A stretch of DNA of 64,000 nucleotides. Source: Paenibacillus sp. (GTDB taxonomy: Bacteria; Bacillota; Bacilli; Paenibacillales; Paenibacillaceae). Positions 34,684 through 44,860 of this stretch are shown here, in pieces. The notes beneath the pieces were generated by a model, which was not told the origin of the DNA, searched no databases, and saw only the letters and a program-made list of their open reading frames with translations. How positions within the stretch are numbered: position 1 is the stretch's first letter; each line of letters starts with the position of its first letter. Location: contig DAMDOU010000003.1 in NCBI GenBank assembly GCA_032083065.1, positions 9-64,008 on the forward strand. Reading direction: 5' to 3'. A program made the translations under genes and the position numbers.

Positions 34684-35354
34684 TTCGTGACCTCCAGTTT
34701 ATAACCGACCCCACGCACCGTTGTGATCGTAAAGTCGTCGCTGCAGCCGGAGAATCGGCTCCGTAGGCGTTTAATGTGCACGTCAACCGTCCGGTCATCG
34801 CCGGCAAAGTCGAAGCCCCAGATATTTGCGATCAGTTCATCGCGCGTGAAGATCCGGTTCGGATAGCTTGCTAATTGGGACAGCAAATCGAATTCCTTCA
34901 TCGGCAGCAGGAGCTGTTCCCCCTTGCACACGACCTCGTAGCTCTTCCGGTCGATCACCGTTTCGCCCAATCGAATCGTCTCGGCGTTGACCCTTTGATA
35001 CCGCCTTAGCAGCGCTTTGATCCGAAAGAGCAGTTCCTTCGGTTCAAACGGCTTGGTGACGTAATCGTCGGTTCCGACGGCGAAGCCGCGCTCCTTGTCG
35101 GATAACTGGTCTTTGGCTGTCAGTAAGATAACCGGGACATCGTAGTCCCGCCGAATTTCCTCGCAAAGCTGGAAGCCGTCCTTTCCGGGCATCATGACAT
35201 CGATCACGGCGAGGTGAACGGTACGGGAAGCCATAAACGCGGCGGCCTCCGTGCCGTCGGTGGCTTCGATTACGCCATAGCCTTCGATCTGTAAATAATA
35301 CGTAAGCAATTCCCGAATATGGGGATCGTCGTCGGCAATCAATATTTGGATCAT
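34680..35354 (-). CDS. hssR: Heme response regulator (OmpR family)
   Basis: ILIADDDPHIRELL..., DVMMPGKDGFQLC, LSDKERGFAVGTDDYVTKPFEPKELLFRIKALLRRY and DRTVDVHIKRLRSR are near-identical in pattern to S. aureus HssR (recalled). Confidence 0.85.
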   Translation of the reverse strand: MIQILIADDDPHIRELLTYYLQIEGYGVIEATDGTEAAAFMASRTVHLAVIDVMMPGKDGFQLCEEIRRDYDVPVILLTAKDQLSDKERGFAVGTDDYVTKPFEPKELLFRIKALLRRYQRVNAETIRLGETVIDRKSYEVVCKGEQLLLPMKEFDLLSQLASYPNRIFTRDELIANIWGFDFAGDDRTVDVHIKRLRSRFSGCSDDFTITTVRGVGYKLEVTK

Positions 35355-35456
35355 TTTTTTCGCATCTCCTTGACCTGAATGATGTCAATATAGCGCAATT
35401 GGGGAGGAGAAACAATGAAGCACAAATTTTGGTCACTAACTCCAAAAGTTTCTCCG

Positions 35457-35465
35457 TGCTATAAT
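35457..35465 (+). promoter_or_regulatory. Extended -10 promoter element (TGCTATAAT) for the two-component / mannoside locus
   Basis: Perfect TGnTATAAT 40 nt upstream of the kinase ATG at 35505. The -35 is weak. Confidence 0.45.
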
Positions 35466-35504
35466 TTAGGTTGACCGGCAGGCATATGGGGGGATGAGGA
35501 TGCC

Positions 35505-37334
35505 ATGATTCTCGGCAGGATCTATAGGAAATATTTGAAAAACAATCTCTTTATGAAAATTATTTTGTTCTTCTCGGTCATTACGATCATCACGATCATC
35601 ACGTTTTCCTACTTGATGTTCCGGTCGATGTCCGATGCGGCTGTCCGAAGGCAACTGGACGTGCAAAAAGGCGCTATTGAAAGCGTTAGCAACTATATTG
35701 GGGGCAAGTATGAATCGGTCCAGCGAATGATGCGGGATATTTACAGGGATGGGGAACTGGCCGCTAATACTTCCTACTTCATGGAACACCCATATCAAGA
35801 CTATATTAAATACCGGTTAGACCGGTTCTATAATGAAAGCGGATCCACTACCGATACGGTTCAGTATTTCAAGAATCAGATCGAAGATGATCGCGATATT
35901 GTCAGTCTGATGCTGTACAGCGCGGATCTGCAGCAATTATATGCCTACAACAGCATTAACCAGTTCAAAATCATTCCGACGAACGCCTCCAGATCATTTG
36001 TGCCGGATGCCATGTATTTGAAGGAGGACGCCAATGTGTCTCTTTCGAACATCTGGATTCGCAAGGCGGTCGACTTGCCGGATGTTCCGATGTACTCGGT
36101 GCGCGTGCCGATGAACAATAAACAGTCGCTCCGTAATATGGGACAGCTGCTCGTATATTTCGATACGGAGAAAGTGCAGACGAGCCTATCCAGATTCGAG
36201 GATGAACTGAAGGGTAGCATTCTGGTATTGTCCGGCGAAGGGGACGTAATATTCGACACTTCCGGCCTGTATTACGGTAAGAAATTCCCTTACCTGGAGC
36301 AGATCAACTCGACTTATGACGATGATGTGCTCGGAGAGGAAACTGTCATCACAAAACTGACGCAGAGCCAAGGCGGGTTTACGGTGCTCAGTGCGGTGCC
36401 GAAGCGGGAGTTGGCCAAGACGTACCGCGGGCTGCGCAATACGATTGTTACGATCAGCTCCATCTGCATCTTGTTCGCCATCGTAATTCCATCGCTGTTT
36501 ATCAGCAATTTTGCTCGGCGGACGTACGGAATAGTCCGGTTTACTCGCCGGGTGCGAAACGGCGATATGACGGCTCGAATCGCTGATGAACGGGATGATG
36601 AACTCGGGCTGATTTCCAAAAGCTTTAACAGCATGCTGGATGAGTTGAATCTGTATATCGATCGGGTGTATAAAGCGGAAATCAAGCAGAAGCATACCGA
36701 GCTTTCTGCGCTTGAGGCCAGGGTGAATCCCCACTTTTTGTACAATACCCTGGAGGTCATTCGCATGCGTGCGATTTCTCAGGGTGCTGGGGATGTGGCG
36801 GAGATGATCTATAGCTTGTCGGTGTTGTTCAAGGGCTATGTCCGGCAAAAAGCGAGATACACGCTAAAGGATGAGCTTGAGGCCTGCCGCATGTATTTGG
36901 AATTGTTCCGGATTCGTTACAAGGACAGGTTTGCCTATGACATCCGCTGCGATAAAGATTTGGAGAATAAGATTGTACAGAAAATGATTCTGCAGCCGGT
37001 GATCGAGAACTATATTCTTTACGGTGTGATGCCGAACCGAAATGATAATAGAATTATCATCGATATTGACCGAACGGCAGAAGAAGGAGGCCTTCGCGCG
37101 GTAGTAAGCGATAACGGACGGGGCATTGCCCCGGACCGGCTCGCGCAAGTCAGGCAGGGATTGCTGGATCCGAAGATGAACTCGGAATCGTTCGGATTGG
37201 GAAGTATCCATGAGCGATTGACGCTATTATATGGCAATTCATACGGGGTAGCTGTACAGAGTGAAGAGGGAAATGGAACGACCGTTACGGTATGTTTCCC
37301 TGACGTAGGGGAGGGGGAGCCTGAACATGTATAA
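35505..37334 (+). CDS. Sensor histidine kinase, YesM-like
   Basis: Two TM helices, HAMP (RRVRNGDMTARIADERDDELGLISKSFNSMLDELN), H-box region (RVNPHFLYNTLEVI), and HATPase (DNGRGI, GLGSIHERL). Confidence 0.9.
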   Translation: MILGRIYRKYLKNNLFMKIILFFSVITIITIITFSYLMFRSMSDAAVRRQLDVQKGAIESVSNYIGGKYESVQRMMRDIYRDGELAANTSYFMEHPYQDYIKYRLDRFYNESGSTTDTVQYFKNQIEDDRDIVSLMLYSADLQQLYAYNSINQFKIIPTNASRSFVPDAMYLKEDANVSLSNIWIRKAVDLPDVPMYSVRVPMNNKQSLRNMGQLLVYFDTEKVQTSLSRFEDELKGSILVLSGEGDVIFDTSGLYYGKKFPYLEQINSTYDDDVLGEETVITKLTQSQGGFTVLSAVPKRELAKTYRGLRNTIVTISSICILFAIVIPSLFISNFARRTYGIVRFTRRVRNGDMTARIADERDDELGLISKSFNSMLDELNLYIDRVYKAEIKQKHTELSALEARVNPHFLYNTLEVIRMRAISQGAGDVAEMIYSLSVLFKGYVRQKARYTLKDELEACRMYLELFRIRYKDRFAYDIRCDKDLENKIVQKMILQPVIENYILYGVMPNRNDNRIIIDIDRTAEEGGLRAVVSDNGRGIAPDRLAQVRQGLLDPKMNSESFGLGSIHERLTLLYGNSYGVAVQSEEGNGTTVTVCFPDVGEGEPEHV

Positions 37335-38865
37335 GGTGTTTATTGTGGATGACGAGCCGTTTATTATCGATGGCCTGTATGATATCGTCGATTGGGCCCG
37401 AATGGGGATGGAGATCGTTGGTCAGGCCGAAAACGGGCAAGCCGCACTGGAGGCTTTAAGTCATATACCTGCAGATATATTGATCACCGATATTTCCATG
37501 CCGGTCATGAATGGATTGGATCTGATCCGCGGGGTGCGGTCATTCAAGCCCGATTTGAAGGTAATTGTGCTGAGCGGCTATGACGAGTTTGCCTATTTGA
37601 AGGAAGGTATGGCGCTCGGAATAGAAAATTACTTGCTGAAGCCGATCAATTTGGAGGAATTCCAGGCAACGCTGGAGACGATATGTAAAAAGTTGGATAC
37701 GACGCGGGCAAGCGCGGCATCGGAGCTGAGCGAGCAGAGCGTGCGGATATTGCGGGACAATGTTCTAAGTCGATGGTTATGCTGCCAGATCGGATCGTCC
37801 GAGTTTCAGGAACGGGCCGACCTGCTTGATATTCGCCTTGAGAGACAATATGCGATGCTCACCCTGCTTCGTACGGAGCACTCCGGCAATGAAGCATTCG
37901 AAACGGCAGAAAAATTTCTGGAGGCTTCCCCCTATGTGATCCTGTTTCGGAATATGGAAGGGGATATGGTGTTACTTCACAATTTTGACGATCCGGTTTC
38001 GGGGAGGGAAGAGGCAGACCGGCTTGAACAGGGCCTCAAGGTTGCCTTGAATTCCTTTGGCCCGATAAGGGCGGCGCAGGGGAGCGTGGAGAGGCTGGCG
38101 GACCAAGCGCACCTCAGCTATGCGAACGCCAAGAAAGCCCAGGAATATTTCATGATCTTCAAGGATCGGGAAACGTTAAAATATGAGAAGTTAAAAAGCC
38201 GGGTTCCATCGGGCAAAATTCCGTCCATCAACTGGAATGATTGCCTCAAGCTGTTCCTGGCCAGAGATAAGGCTGCACTTCTATCCAAAATTGATCAGGA
38301 CTTTAGCCAATTGGGCCAGGTTGAAGGCGTAACCCCCGGTTTTTTGCAGGATATCTCTCTGGAATGGATGCTCCGGTTCAAAATGCAACTTCAAGAAATA
38401 CGAAATGCCGAAGAACCCGGCCTCTTTTGGGACGGCTATAGCCGGATCCAGGCCGTCGGGTCGCTTGAAGAGCTGATCGGCATTGTGAAGGAGGCGGCCT
38501 CGGAGGCTGTCGATGCGCTAAACCGGGATGTTAAAAGCCCGGTCATTCAGCAAGTGTTGAATCATCTTCATGAATCGTACAATCAGGATCTTTCCCTGAA
38601 AACGTTAGGCTCGACGTATAATATCCACCCGGTTTACCTGGGACAATTATTTCATAAGGAAGTGGGGGAGTCATTTACGGAATATATCAACAGATACCGG
38701 ATCGAGAAAGCAAAAGAACAACTCAAGACGACACAGCATAAGGTCCAGGAAATCGCCCGGAACGTAGGGTATTGGGAGACCGGGTATTTCTATAAGCAGT
38801 TCAAGAAATATGTGGGGATATCCCCGACGGAATTTAAAGAGGTTGTTCAAAAGGTCATCTTATGA
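37327..38865 (+). CDS. Response regulator with AraC-type HTH (YesN-like)
   Basis: Receiver domain (VFIVDDEPFI...LITDISMPVMNG...KP) and C-terminal AraC HTH (GYWETGYFYKQFKKYVGISPTEFK). Overlaps the kinase gene by 8 nt. Confidence 0.9.
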   Translation: MYKVFIVDDEPFIIDGLYDIVDWARMGMEIVGQAENGQAALEALSHIPADILITDISMPVMNGLDLIRGVRSFKPDLKVIVLSGYDEFAYLKEGMALGIENYLLKPINLEEFQATLETICKKLDTTRASAASELSEQSVRILRDNVLSRWLCCQIGSSEFQERADLLDIRLERQYAMLTLLRTEHSGNEAFETAEKFLEASPYVILFRNMEGDMVLLHNFDDPVSGREEADRLEQGLKVALNSFGPIRAAQGSVERLADQAHLSYANAKKAQEYFMIFKDRETLKYEKLKSRVPSGKIPSINWNDCLKLFLARDKAALLSKIDQDFSQLGQVEGVTPGFLQDISLEWMLRFKMQLQEIRNAEEPGLFWDGYSRIQAVGSLEELIGIVKEAASEAVDALNRDVKSPVIQQVLNHLHESYNQDLSLKTLGSTYNIHPVYLGQLFHKEVGESFTEYINRYRIEKAKEQLKTTQHKVQEIARNVGYWETGYFYKQFKKYVGISPTEFKEVVQKVIL

Positions 38866-38957
38866 ACACGAACTTACTGGACTGGTCTAGCGGGTGTCTT
38901 ACGCTGGCCGGTTCTTTCTTTATTTTGAACAGTGAATTATTTAATTTCTCTTCTTTT

Positions 38958-38971
38958 TGAAAGTGTTTACA
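38958..38971 (+). promoter_or_regulatory. Candidate cre site upstream of ABC operon 2
   Basis: TGAAAGTGTTTACA has one mismatch to TGWAANCGNTNWCA. It is nearly the same word as the site at 11888. Lies 56 nt upstream of the SBP ATG. Confidence 0.35.
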
Positions 38972-39026
38972 TGCAATAAAGTAAAGAGAGCAAGAGGGCT
39001 TCAAAACAAAAGGGAGGTACACAATC

Positions 39027-40523
39027 ATGGGCAAAAAGAGAAAAACATTCTCCTTGCTGCTTACCTCGTTGATGGCGCTTACACTCGTCGTCAGCGGTTG
39101 TGGCGGTAACAAGGCGAATAATAACGCGGCTCCGGCGGACGGCGGAAACGCCGCCAAGACAGAGAAGCCGGTTGAACTGATCTGGTACACGATCGGACCG
39201 CCGCAGAAAGACCTTGATAAAGTTGTGGATGAAATCAACAAGTATACGAAAGAAAAGATCAATGCCACGATTGATATGAAAATGCTCGACTTCGGTGACT
39301 ACACGCAAAAGATGCAGGTTATGGCCGCTTCCGGTGAGCCGATGGACATTCTGTTCACTTGCTCTTGGGCTTTTGATTATGTGCAGAACGCTCGGAAGGG
39401 CGCATTCATGGAACTCGACGACCTGTTGGATAAATACGGCCAAGGCATTAAAGACACCATTGATCCGGCTTTCCTGGAAGGTTCCAAAGTAGACGGCCAT
39501 AACTATGCAATTCCGGCCAATAAAGAACTTCCGGCTCAGGAAGTATGGCGCTTCAACAAAGAGCTGCTTGATAAATACAACTTGGATGCCTCTAGCGCAA
39601 CAACATTCGAAAGTCTCGAGCCATTGCTGAAAACGATCAAAGAGAACGAGCCGGATATTACGCCGTACGCTATGCTTAAAGACTTCGTACCAGCGATGCC
39701 TTTCGATTATCTGATCGAAAAAATGCCGATGGTCGTACCTATGGATACGACAGACTATAAAGTCATAAATATTCTGGAAACCCCGGAACTGAAGGAAATG
39801 CTGAAAACTGTGCGCAAGTACTATGAGGCAGGTTACATTTCTCCCGAAGTAGCGACGACAACATCGGCAGAAGACCTATACAAATCGGGCAAATGGTTTA
39901 TGGACCGCGCTGCAACGCAGCCGTTCGCGGACAATCTGTGGTCGGCAAGCTATGGCTACCCGGTCGTTTCATCGCCGGCATCCAAGCCTTACATCTACAA
40001 CTGGTCGGTTATGGGCTCCATGCAGGCGATCTCCGCAAACTCCAAGTATCCTGAGAAAGCGATGGAATTCTTGAACCTGCTGAATACGGATTCCTACTTG
40101 CGTAACCTGGTTGACTCGGGGATTGAAGGCGTCCATTACGAAAAAGTCAGCGACAATGTCATCAAGAACTTGCCGGATTCCAAAAATTACGATATGCCAA
40201 CCTTCTCGCTGGGCAACATCATGATCAACTACCTGAATGAAGGCGACCCGGAAAACAAATGGGAAGAATTCAAGAAATTCAACGAGTCGGGTATTAATGC
40301 CCCACTGCTGGGCTTCAACTTCGATACTTCCAAAGTGTCGAATGAAATCGCTGCCGTTCAGAACGTGAAAGAAGAGTTCTGGTCTTCCCTGATGACCGGA
40401 ACCGTCGATCCGGAAGAATATTTGCCAAAAGCCAATGAGAAATTCAAAGCCGCAGGGCTGGATAAGATCATGGAAGAGGCTCAACGGCAAATCGACGAAT
40501 GGAGAGCGGCTAACAACAAGTAA
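39027..40523 (+). CDS. Extracellular solute-binding lipoprotein (sugar ABC)
   Basis: Lipobox LVVSGC-GG. Family-1 SBP of 498 aa. AAGGGAGG RBS. Confidence 0.9.
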   Translation: MGKKRKTFSLLLTSLMALTLVVSGCGGNKANNNAAPADGGNAAKTEKPVELIWYTIGPPQKDLDKVVDEINKYTKEKINATIDMKMLDFGDYTQKMQVMAASGEPMDILFTCSWAFDYVQNARKGAFMELDDLLDKYGQGIKDTIDPAFLEGSKVDGHNYAIPANKELPAQEVWRFNKELLDKYNLDASSATTFESLEPLLKTIKENEPDITPYAMLKDFVPAMPFDYLIEKMPMVVPMDTTDYKVINILETPELKEMLKTVRKYYEAGYISPEVATTTSAEDLYKSGKWFMDRAATQPFADNLWSASYGYPVVSSPASKPYIYNWSVMGSMQAISANSKYPEKAMEFLNLLNTDSYLRNLVDSGIEGVHYEKVSDNVIKNLPDSKNYDMPTFSLGNIMINYLNEGDPENKWEEFKKFNESGINAPLLGFNFDTSKVSNEIAAVQNVKEEFWSSLMTGTVDPEEYLPKANEKFKAAGLDKIMEEAQRQIDEWRAANNK

Positions 40524-40554
40524 TATCGCCGATAGCATTGTCATTCGGACTACT

Positions 40555-40592
40555 GGATCGGGCGGGTGAAGAGCTCTCGCCCGATCCTTTTT
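40555..40592 (+). terminator. Terminator/attenuator between the SBP and permease genes
   Basis: GGATCGGGCG, a 13-nt loop, CGCCCGATCC, then TTTTT. Confidence 0.75.
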
Positions 40593-40635
40593 AAATTTTA
40601 GGCCGGAGGGTTTATTACGATCAGGAGGGATGGAT

Positions 40636-41574
40636 ATGAAAATGGTCGGCGGTTTTTTTCGGAATGTGCTCAAGAATAAAGTATTGCTCCTCATGGTGCT
40701 TCCCGGGGCCTTATGGTTCCTCTTCTTCTCTTATTTGCCGATGTTCGGCACGGTGATCGCCTTCAAAGAATACCGGTTCAGCCGGGACGGCTTCTGGGCG
40801 AGCATTGTCAACAGCAAGTGGGTCGGCTGGGACAACTTCAAATTCCTGTTTAGCACGAACGACGCTTATGTAATTACGCGCAATACGCTGCTTTATAATA
40901 TCGCATTTATTTTTATAGGATTGGTCTTGTCGGTGCTGCTGGCGGTGGTGCTCTCCGAGATTACCAATAAGCGGACGGCTAAAATTTATCAAACCGGCAT
41001 GTTTATGCCGTATTTCTTGTCTTGGGTCATCGTCGGCTATTTCGCCTTCAGTTTCTTGAGTTCCGAGCGAGGCCTGTTGAACCAGATCTTTGAAATGTTC
41101 GGTGCCGAACCGGTTCAGTGGTACAGTCAGTCGAAATACTGGCCATTCATCTTAATTCTTGTATATCTGTGGAAAGCGGTCGGGTATAACAGCGTGGTTT
41201 ATCTGGCTGCGATTATGGGTATCGACCGATCCCTATATGAAGCCGCCATGATCGACGGAGCGAGCAAATTCCAGCAAATCCGCCGGATTACGATTCCGCT
41301 GCTCACCCCGATTATCACGATTATGACCTTGCTGGCGATCGGTAAGATTTTCTACGCCGATTTCGGTCTGTTCTATCAGGTGCCGAGAGATTCGGGAACC
41401 TTGTATTCGGTCACGAACGTCATTGATACCTATGTATACCGTGGACTCAAAACGACCGGTGAAATCGGCATGAGCACGGCCGCGGGTCTGTATCAGTCGG
41501 TTGTAGGCTTCATTCTGGTCATCACCTCAAACTATATCGTACGCAAATTCGACAAGGATAACGCCTTGTTCTAG
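40636..41574 (+). CDS. Sugar ABC transporter permease (LplB-like)
   Basis: FFSYLPMFGTVIAFKEY and EAA loop LYEAAMIDGASKFQ. The ATG at 40636 is 6 nt after AGGAGGG; the ATG at 40630 overlaps the RBS. Confidence 0.9.
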   Translation: MKMVGGFFRNVLKNKVLLLMVLPGALWFLFFSYLPMFGTVIAFKEYRFSRDGFWASIVNSKWVGWDNFKFLFSTNDAYVITRNTLLYNIAFIFIGLVLSVLLAVVLSEITNKRTAKIYQTGMFMPYFLSWVIVGYFAFSFLSSERGLLNQIFEMFGAEPVQWYSQSKYWPFILILVYLWKAVGYNSVVYLAAIMGIDRSLYEAAMIDGASKFQQIRRITIPLLTPIITIMTLLAIGKIFYADFGLFYQVPRDSGTLYSVTNVIDTYVYRGLKTTGEIGMSTAAGLYQSVVGFILVITSNYIVRKFDKDNALF

Positions 41575-41596
41575 ATCGCAGAAAGGAGTGAGTAAC

Positions 41597-42514
41597 GTGT
41601 CTCTGAGAAAAAACACCACACGCGATTTTCATCAGTTATCGACTCCATGGAATACCATCTTTAACCTCATTGCCGGCATTTTTGCCTTTCTCTGCGTCTT
41701 TCCGTTCGTGTTCGTCGTCATCATTTCCTTCACGGATGAGAAGGCGCTGGCCACCGACGGTTACCGGCTGCTTCCTTCCAAGTGGAGTCTGGAGGCGTAC
41801 CGGTATGTGTTTCAGACGGGGGATACGCTGCTTCGATCCTACGGCGTAACGATTCTCGTTACGGTGGTGGGAACGATCGTCAGCCTGCTGTTCATTGCTT
41901 TGTATGCTTACGCCATTTCGCGCAAGAACTTTAAATACCGTAATTTCTTCGCCTTTTTTGCCTTCTTCACCATGCTGTTTAACGGCGGTCTTGTTCCGAC
42001 CTATATTGTCGTAACGCAATTTCTGCATTTGAAGGACACGGTCTGGGCGCTGATTCTGCCGATGGCGGTAAACGCGTTCTACATTATGATTCTGCGGACG
42101 TTTTATAGCACCAGTGTGCCTGATGCCATTATCGAGTCGGGAAAAATCGACGGGGCCGGCGAATTCCGCACCTTCCTCAGACTGGTACTGCCGCTGTCGC
42201 TGCCGGGCCTTGCCACAATCGCGTTGTTCAGCACACTGGGGTATTGGAACGACTGGTTTAACGCTCTCTTGTATATCGATGATCCAAACCTGGTACCGCT
42301 GCAATCCATGCTGATGCGGATCGAAACGAGCATGCAGTTTATTCTGCAGAATTCGCAGAACAGCTCGCTTAATCTCGAAGCGCTTCGATCGCTTCCGCAG
42401 GATACTTCACGGATGGCCATGGTGGTACTGGCCACGGGGCCGATTGTTTTTGCGTATCCGTTTTTCCAACGTTACTTCATTCAAGGTCTTACGATAGGTG
42501 CAGTCAAAGAATAA
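41597..42514 (+). CDS. Sugar ABC transporter permease (LplC-like)
   Basis: EAA loop IIESGKIDGAGEFRTFLRLVLP. GTG at 41597 is 8 nt after AAAGGAG; the GTG at 41588 overlaps the RBS. Confidence 0.9.
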   Translation: MSLRKNTTRDFHQLSTPWNTIFNLIAGIFAFLCVFPFVFVVIISFTDEKALATDGYRLLPSKWSLEAYRYVFQTGDTLLRSYGVTILVTVVGTIVSLLFIALYAYAISRKNFKYRNFFAFFAFFTMLFNGGLVPTYIVVTQFLHLKDTVWALILPMAVNAFYIMILRTFYSTSVPDAIIESGKIDGAGEFRTFLRLVLPLSLPGLATIALFSTLGYWNDWFNALLYIDDPNLVPLQSMLMRIETSMQFILQNSQNSSLNLEALRSLPQDTSRMAMVVLATGPIVFAYPFFQRYFIQGLTIGAVKE

Positions 42515-42541
42515 AGACTTCAAGGAGCGGAGTGTAAACCT

Positions 42542-44854
42542 ATGATGTATAGAGACCAAACCAGGCCTGTGGGAGATCGGGTAGACCATCTGCTCGGGCT
42601 GATGACATTGGAAGAGAAGGTCGGCCAACTGGTTCAGCTATTCGGCTGGCAGACCTATGAGCATAGAAATGGAGCCGTCACGTTGACGGAAGAGTTTAAA
42701 CGGCAAGTGAAGTCAGGGAGCGTCGGCTCTCTTTACGGCGCGCTTCGGGCGGATCCGTGGACGGGCGTTACGCTGGAGAGCGGACTTTCGCCCCGTGAGG
42801 GAGCAGAAGCGATCAACGCGATTCAGCGTTATGCGATCGAGCATTCGCGCCTTGGCATCCCGCTCCTGATCGGAGAGGAATGCTCTCACGGCCATATGGC
42901 GATCGGGGCCACCGTATTTCCGGTGCCGCTCTTGATCGGCAGCACGTGGAACGTGGATTTGTACCGGGAGATGTGTCGGGCCGTGGCCCGGGAAACCCGG
43001 AGCCAGGGCGGGGCGGCGACCTATTCTCCCGTACTCGATGTCGTGCGTGATCCTCGTTGGGGCCGCACGGAAGAGTGCTTTGGCGAGGACGCCTTCCTGA
43101 TCGGCGAAATGGCGGTCGCCTCGATTGAGGGACTGCAGGGGAAGGACTTGTCTGCAGAGGATAGCGTTCTGGCTACCTTGAAGCATTTTTCCGGGTACGG
43201 CAGCTCGGAAGGCGGTAGAAACGCCGGACCAGCGCATATGGGTTGGAGAGAGTTGCTGGAAACGGACTTGCTACCATTTAAAAAGGCCGTGCAGGCGGGC
43301 GCGGTATCCGTGATGCCGGCCTATAACGAGATCGACGGCATCCCTTGCACGACGAATCGTCAACTGCTCGGCGACGTACTGCGCGGACAGTGGGGCTTCG
43401 ACGGCATGGTCATTACCGATTGCGGAGCGATCGACATGCTCGCTTCGGGTCATGACACGGCGGAAGATGGGCTGGACGCTGCGGTTCAAGCTTTGGAAGC
43501 CGGAGTGGACATGGAGATGTCCGGCGAAATGTTCGGCAAGTATTTAGTAGAAGCTGTATCTAGCGGAAGACTGGAGGTTTCCGTACTCGACCAGGCTGTA
43601 CGCCGGGTATTGAGTTTGAAGTTTCGGCTGGGGCTGTTTGAAGCCCCCTACGCCAATCCTGAACGGGCTGAGGAAGTCATCGGCTCCCGAGAGCATGTAT
43701 CGTTAGCCCGGCAAGTAGCCGTAGAAGGAATCGTCCTGCTCAAGAACGAGGGCGGACTGCTCCCTTTGACCGCAACTGCCGGTACGGGGAAGATTGCCGT
43801 GATCGGCCCGAATGCGGATGCTGCCTATAACCAGCTCGGCGACTACACCTCTCCGCAGCCGCGGCAGAAGGTGGCGACGGTACTGGACGGCATCCGGGCC
43901 AAGCTGGGGGCGGAACAGGCCGAGGATCGGCTGCTCTACGCGCCGGGTTGCCGGATTCGCGGCGATGCCCGTGAAGGATTCCCGAAGGCACTGGAATGCG
44001 CGGCCCAGGCGGATACCATCGTGATGGTGGTCGGCGGCTCCAGCGCCAGAGACTTCGGCGAGGGAACGATCGACCTGAAGACCGGCGCTTCGAAAGTAAC
44101 GGGACATTCCTGGAGCGACATGGATTGCGGTGAAGGTATCGATCGGATGAGCCTGGGACTGTCGGGCGTTCAGTTGGAGCTGATTCAAGAGGTCCACAAG
44201 CTGGGCAAACCGCTGATCGTTGTGTATGTGAACGGCCGGCCGATTGCCGAGCCTTGGATCGATGAGTACGCGGATGTCATTGTGGAGGCTTGGTATCCGG
44301 GGCAGGAAGGCGGACACGCGGTGGCCGACGTGCTGTTCGGCGACGTCAATCCGTCGGGGCGCCTGAGCGTGTCCATTCCAAAGCATGTTGGGCAGCTTCC
44401 GGTTTACTATAACGGCAAGCGTTCCCGGGGAAAAAGATACCTCGAAGAAGACTTGCAGCCGCGCTATCCGTTCGGATTCGGCTTAAGCTACACGGAATTT
44501 GAATATTCGGGATTGACCGTTGGGCCGGCTGCTGAAATCACGGCGGACGGAACGGCGACCGTCACGGTACAAGTGACGAATACGGGAGATCGTGCAGGCG
44601 CGGAAGTCGTGCAGCTTTACGTCTCAGACCGGGTGAGCAAGGTGACTCGTCCTGCGAAGGAACTTAAAGGGTTCCGTAAAGTATATCTCGCACCGGGAGA
44701 GACGCAAACTGTCGAGTTTTCGATCGGCGCGGAGCAACTGGAATACATCGGACCGGATTTGTTCCCGGTCGTGGAGCCGGGCGAGTTCGATTTGTGTATC
44801 GGAAGGCATGTGAATGATACGCAAAGCGTTACATTAACCGTACGGGAGGGATAG
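42542..44854 (+). CDS. Glycoside hydrolase family 3 (BglX-type exo-glycosidase)
   Basis: LTLEEKVGQL, the SPVLDVVRDPRWGRTEE region, the GFDGMVITDCGA nucleophile region, and a C-terminal Fn3-like domain (ELKGFRKVYLAPGETQTVEF). Confidence 0.9.
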   Translation: MMYRDQTRPVGDRVDHLLGLMTLEEKVGQLVQLFGWQTYEHRNGAVTLTEEFKRQVKSGSVGSLYGALRADPWTGVTLESGLSPREGAEAINAIQRYAIEHSRLGIPLLIGEECSHGHMAIGATVFPVPLLIGSTWNVDLYREMCRAVARETRSQGGAATYSPVLDVVRDPRWGRTEECFGEDAFLIGEMAVASIEGLQGKDLSAEDSVLATLKHFSGYGSSEGGRNAGPAHMGWRELLETDLLPFKKAVQAGAVSVMPAYNEIDGIPCTTNRQLLGDVLRGQWGFDGMVITDCGAIDMLASGHDTAEDGLDAAVQALEAGVDMEMSGEMFGKYLVEAVSSGRLEVSVLDQAVRRVLSLKFRLGLFEAPYANPERAEEVIGSREHVSLARQVAVEGIVLLKNEGGLLPLTATAGTGKIAVIGPNADAAYNQLGDYTSPQPRQKVATVLDGIRAKLGAEQAEDRLLYAPGCRIRGDAREGFPKALECAAQADTIVMVVGGSSARDFGEGTIDLKTGASKVTGHSWSDMDCGEGIDRMSLGLSGVQLELIQEVHKLGKPLIVVYVNGRPIAEPWIDEYADVIVEAWYPGQEGGHAVADVLFGDVNPSGRLSVSIPKHVGQLPVYYNGKRSRGKRYLEEDLQPRYPFGFGLSYTEFEYSGLTVGPAAEITADGTATVTVQVTNTGDRAGAEVVQLYVSDRVSKVTRPAKELKGFRKVYLAPGETQTVEFSIGAEQLEYIGPDLFPVVEPGEFDLCIGRHVNDTQSVTLTVREG

Positions 44855-44860
44855 GACATC

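Noticed and set aside
31244-35354. Interpretation of the ABC plus two-component module as a Bce-type antimicrobial-peptide resistance system.
   Set aside because: Bce permeases are ~650 aa with 10 TM helices. This permease is 378 aa, 4-TM and HrtB-like. The promoter carries the HssR direct repeat.
35415-35474. A 19-codon ORF (MKHKFWSLTPKVSPCYNLG) with a strong GGGGAGGAG RBS in the hssR/kinase intergenic region.
   Set aside because: It overlaps the extended -10 promoter of the downstream operon and is too short to evaluate. There is no supporting evidence beyond the RBS-like purine run.
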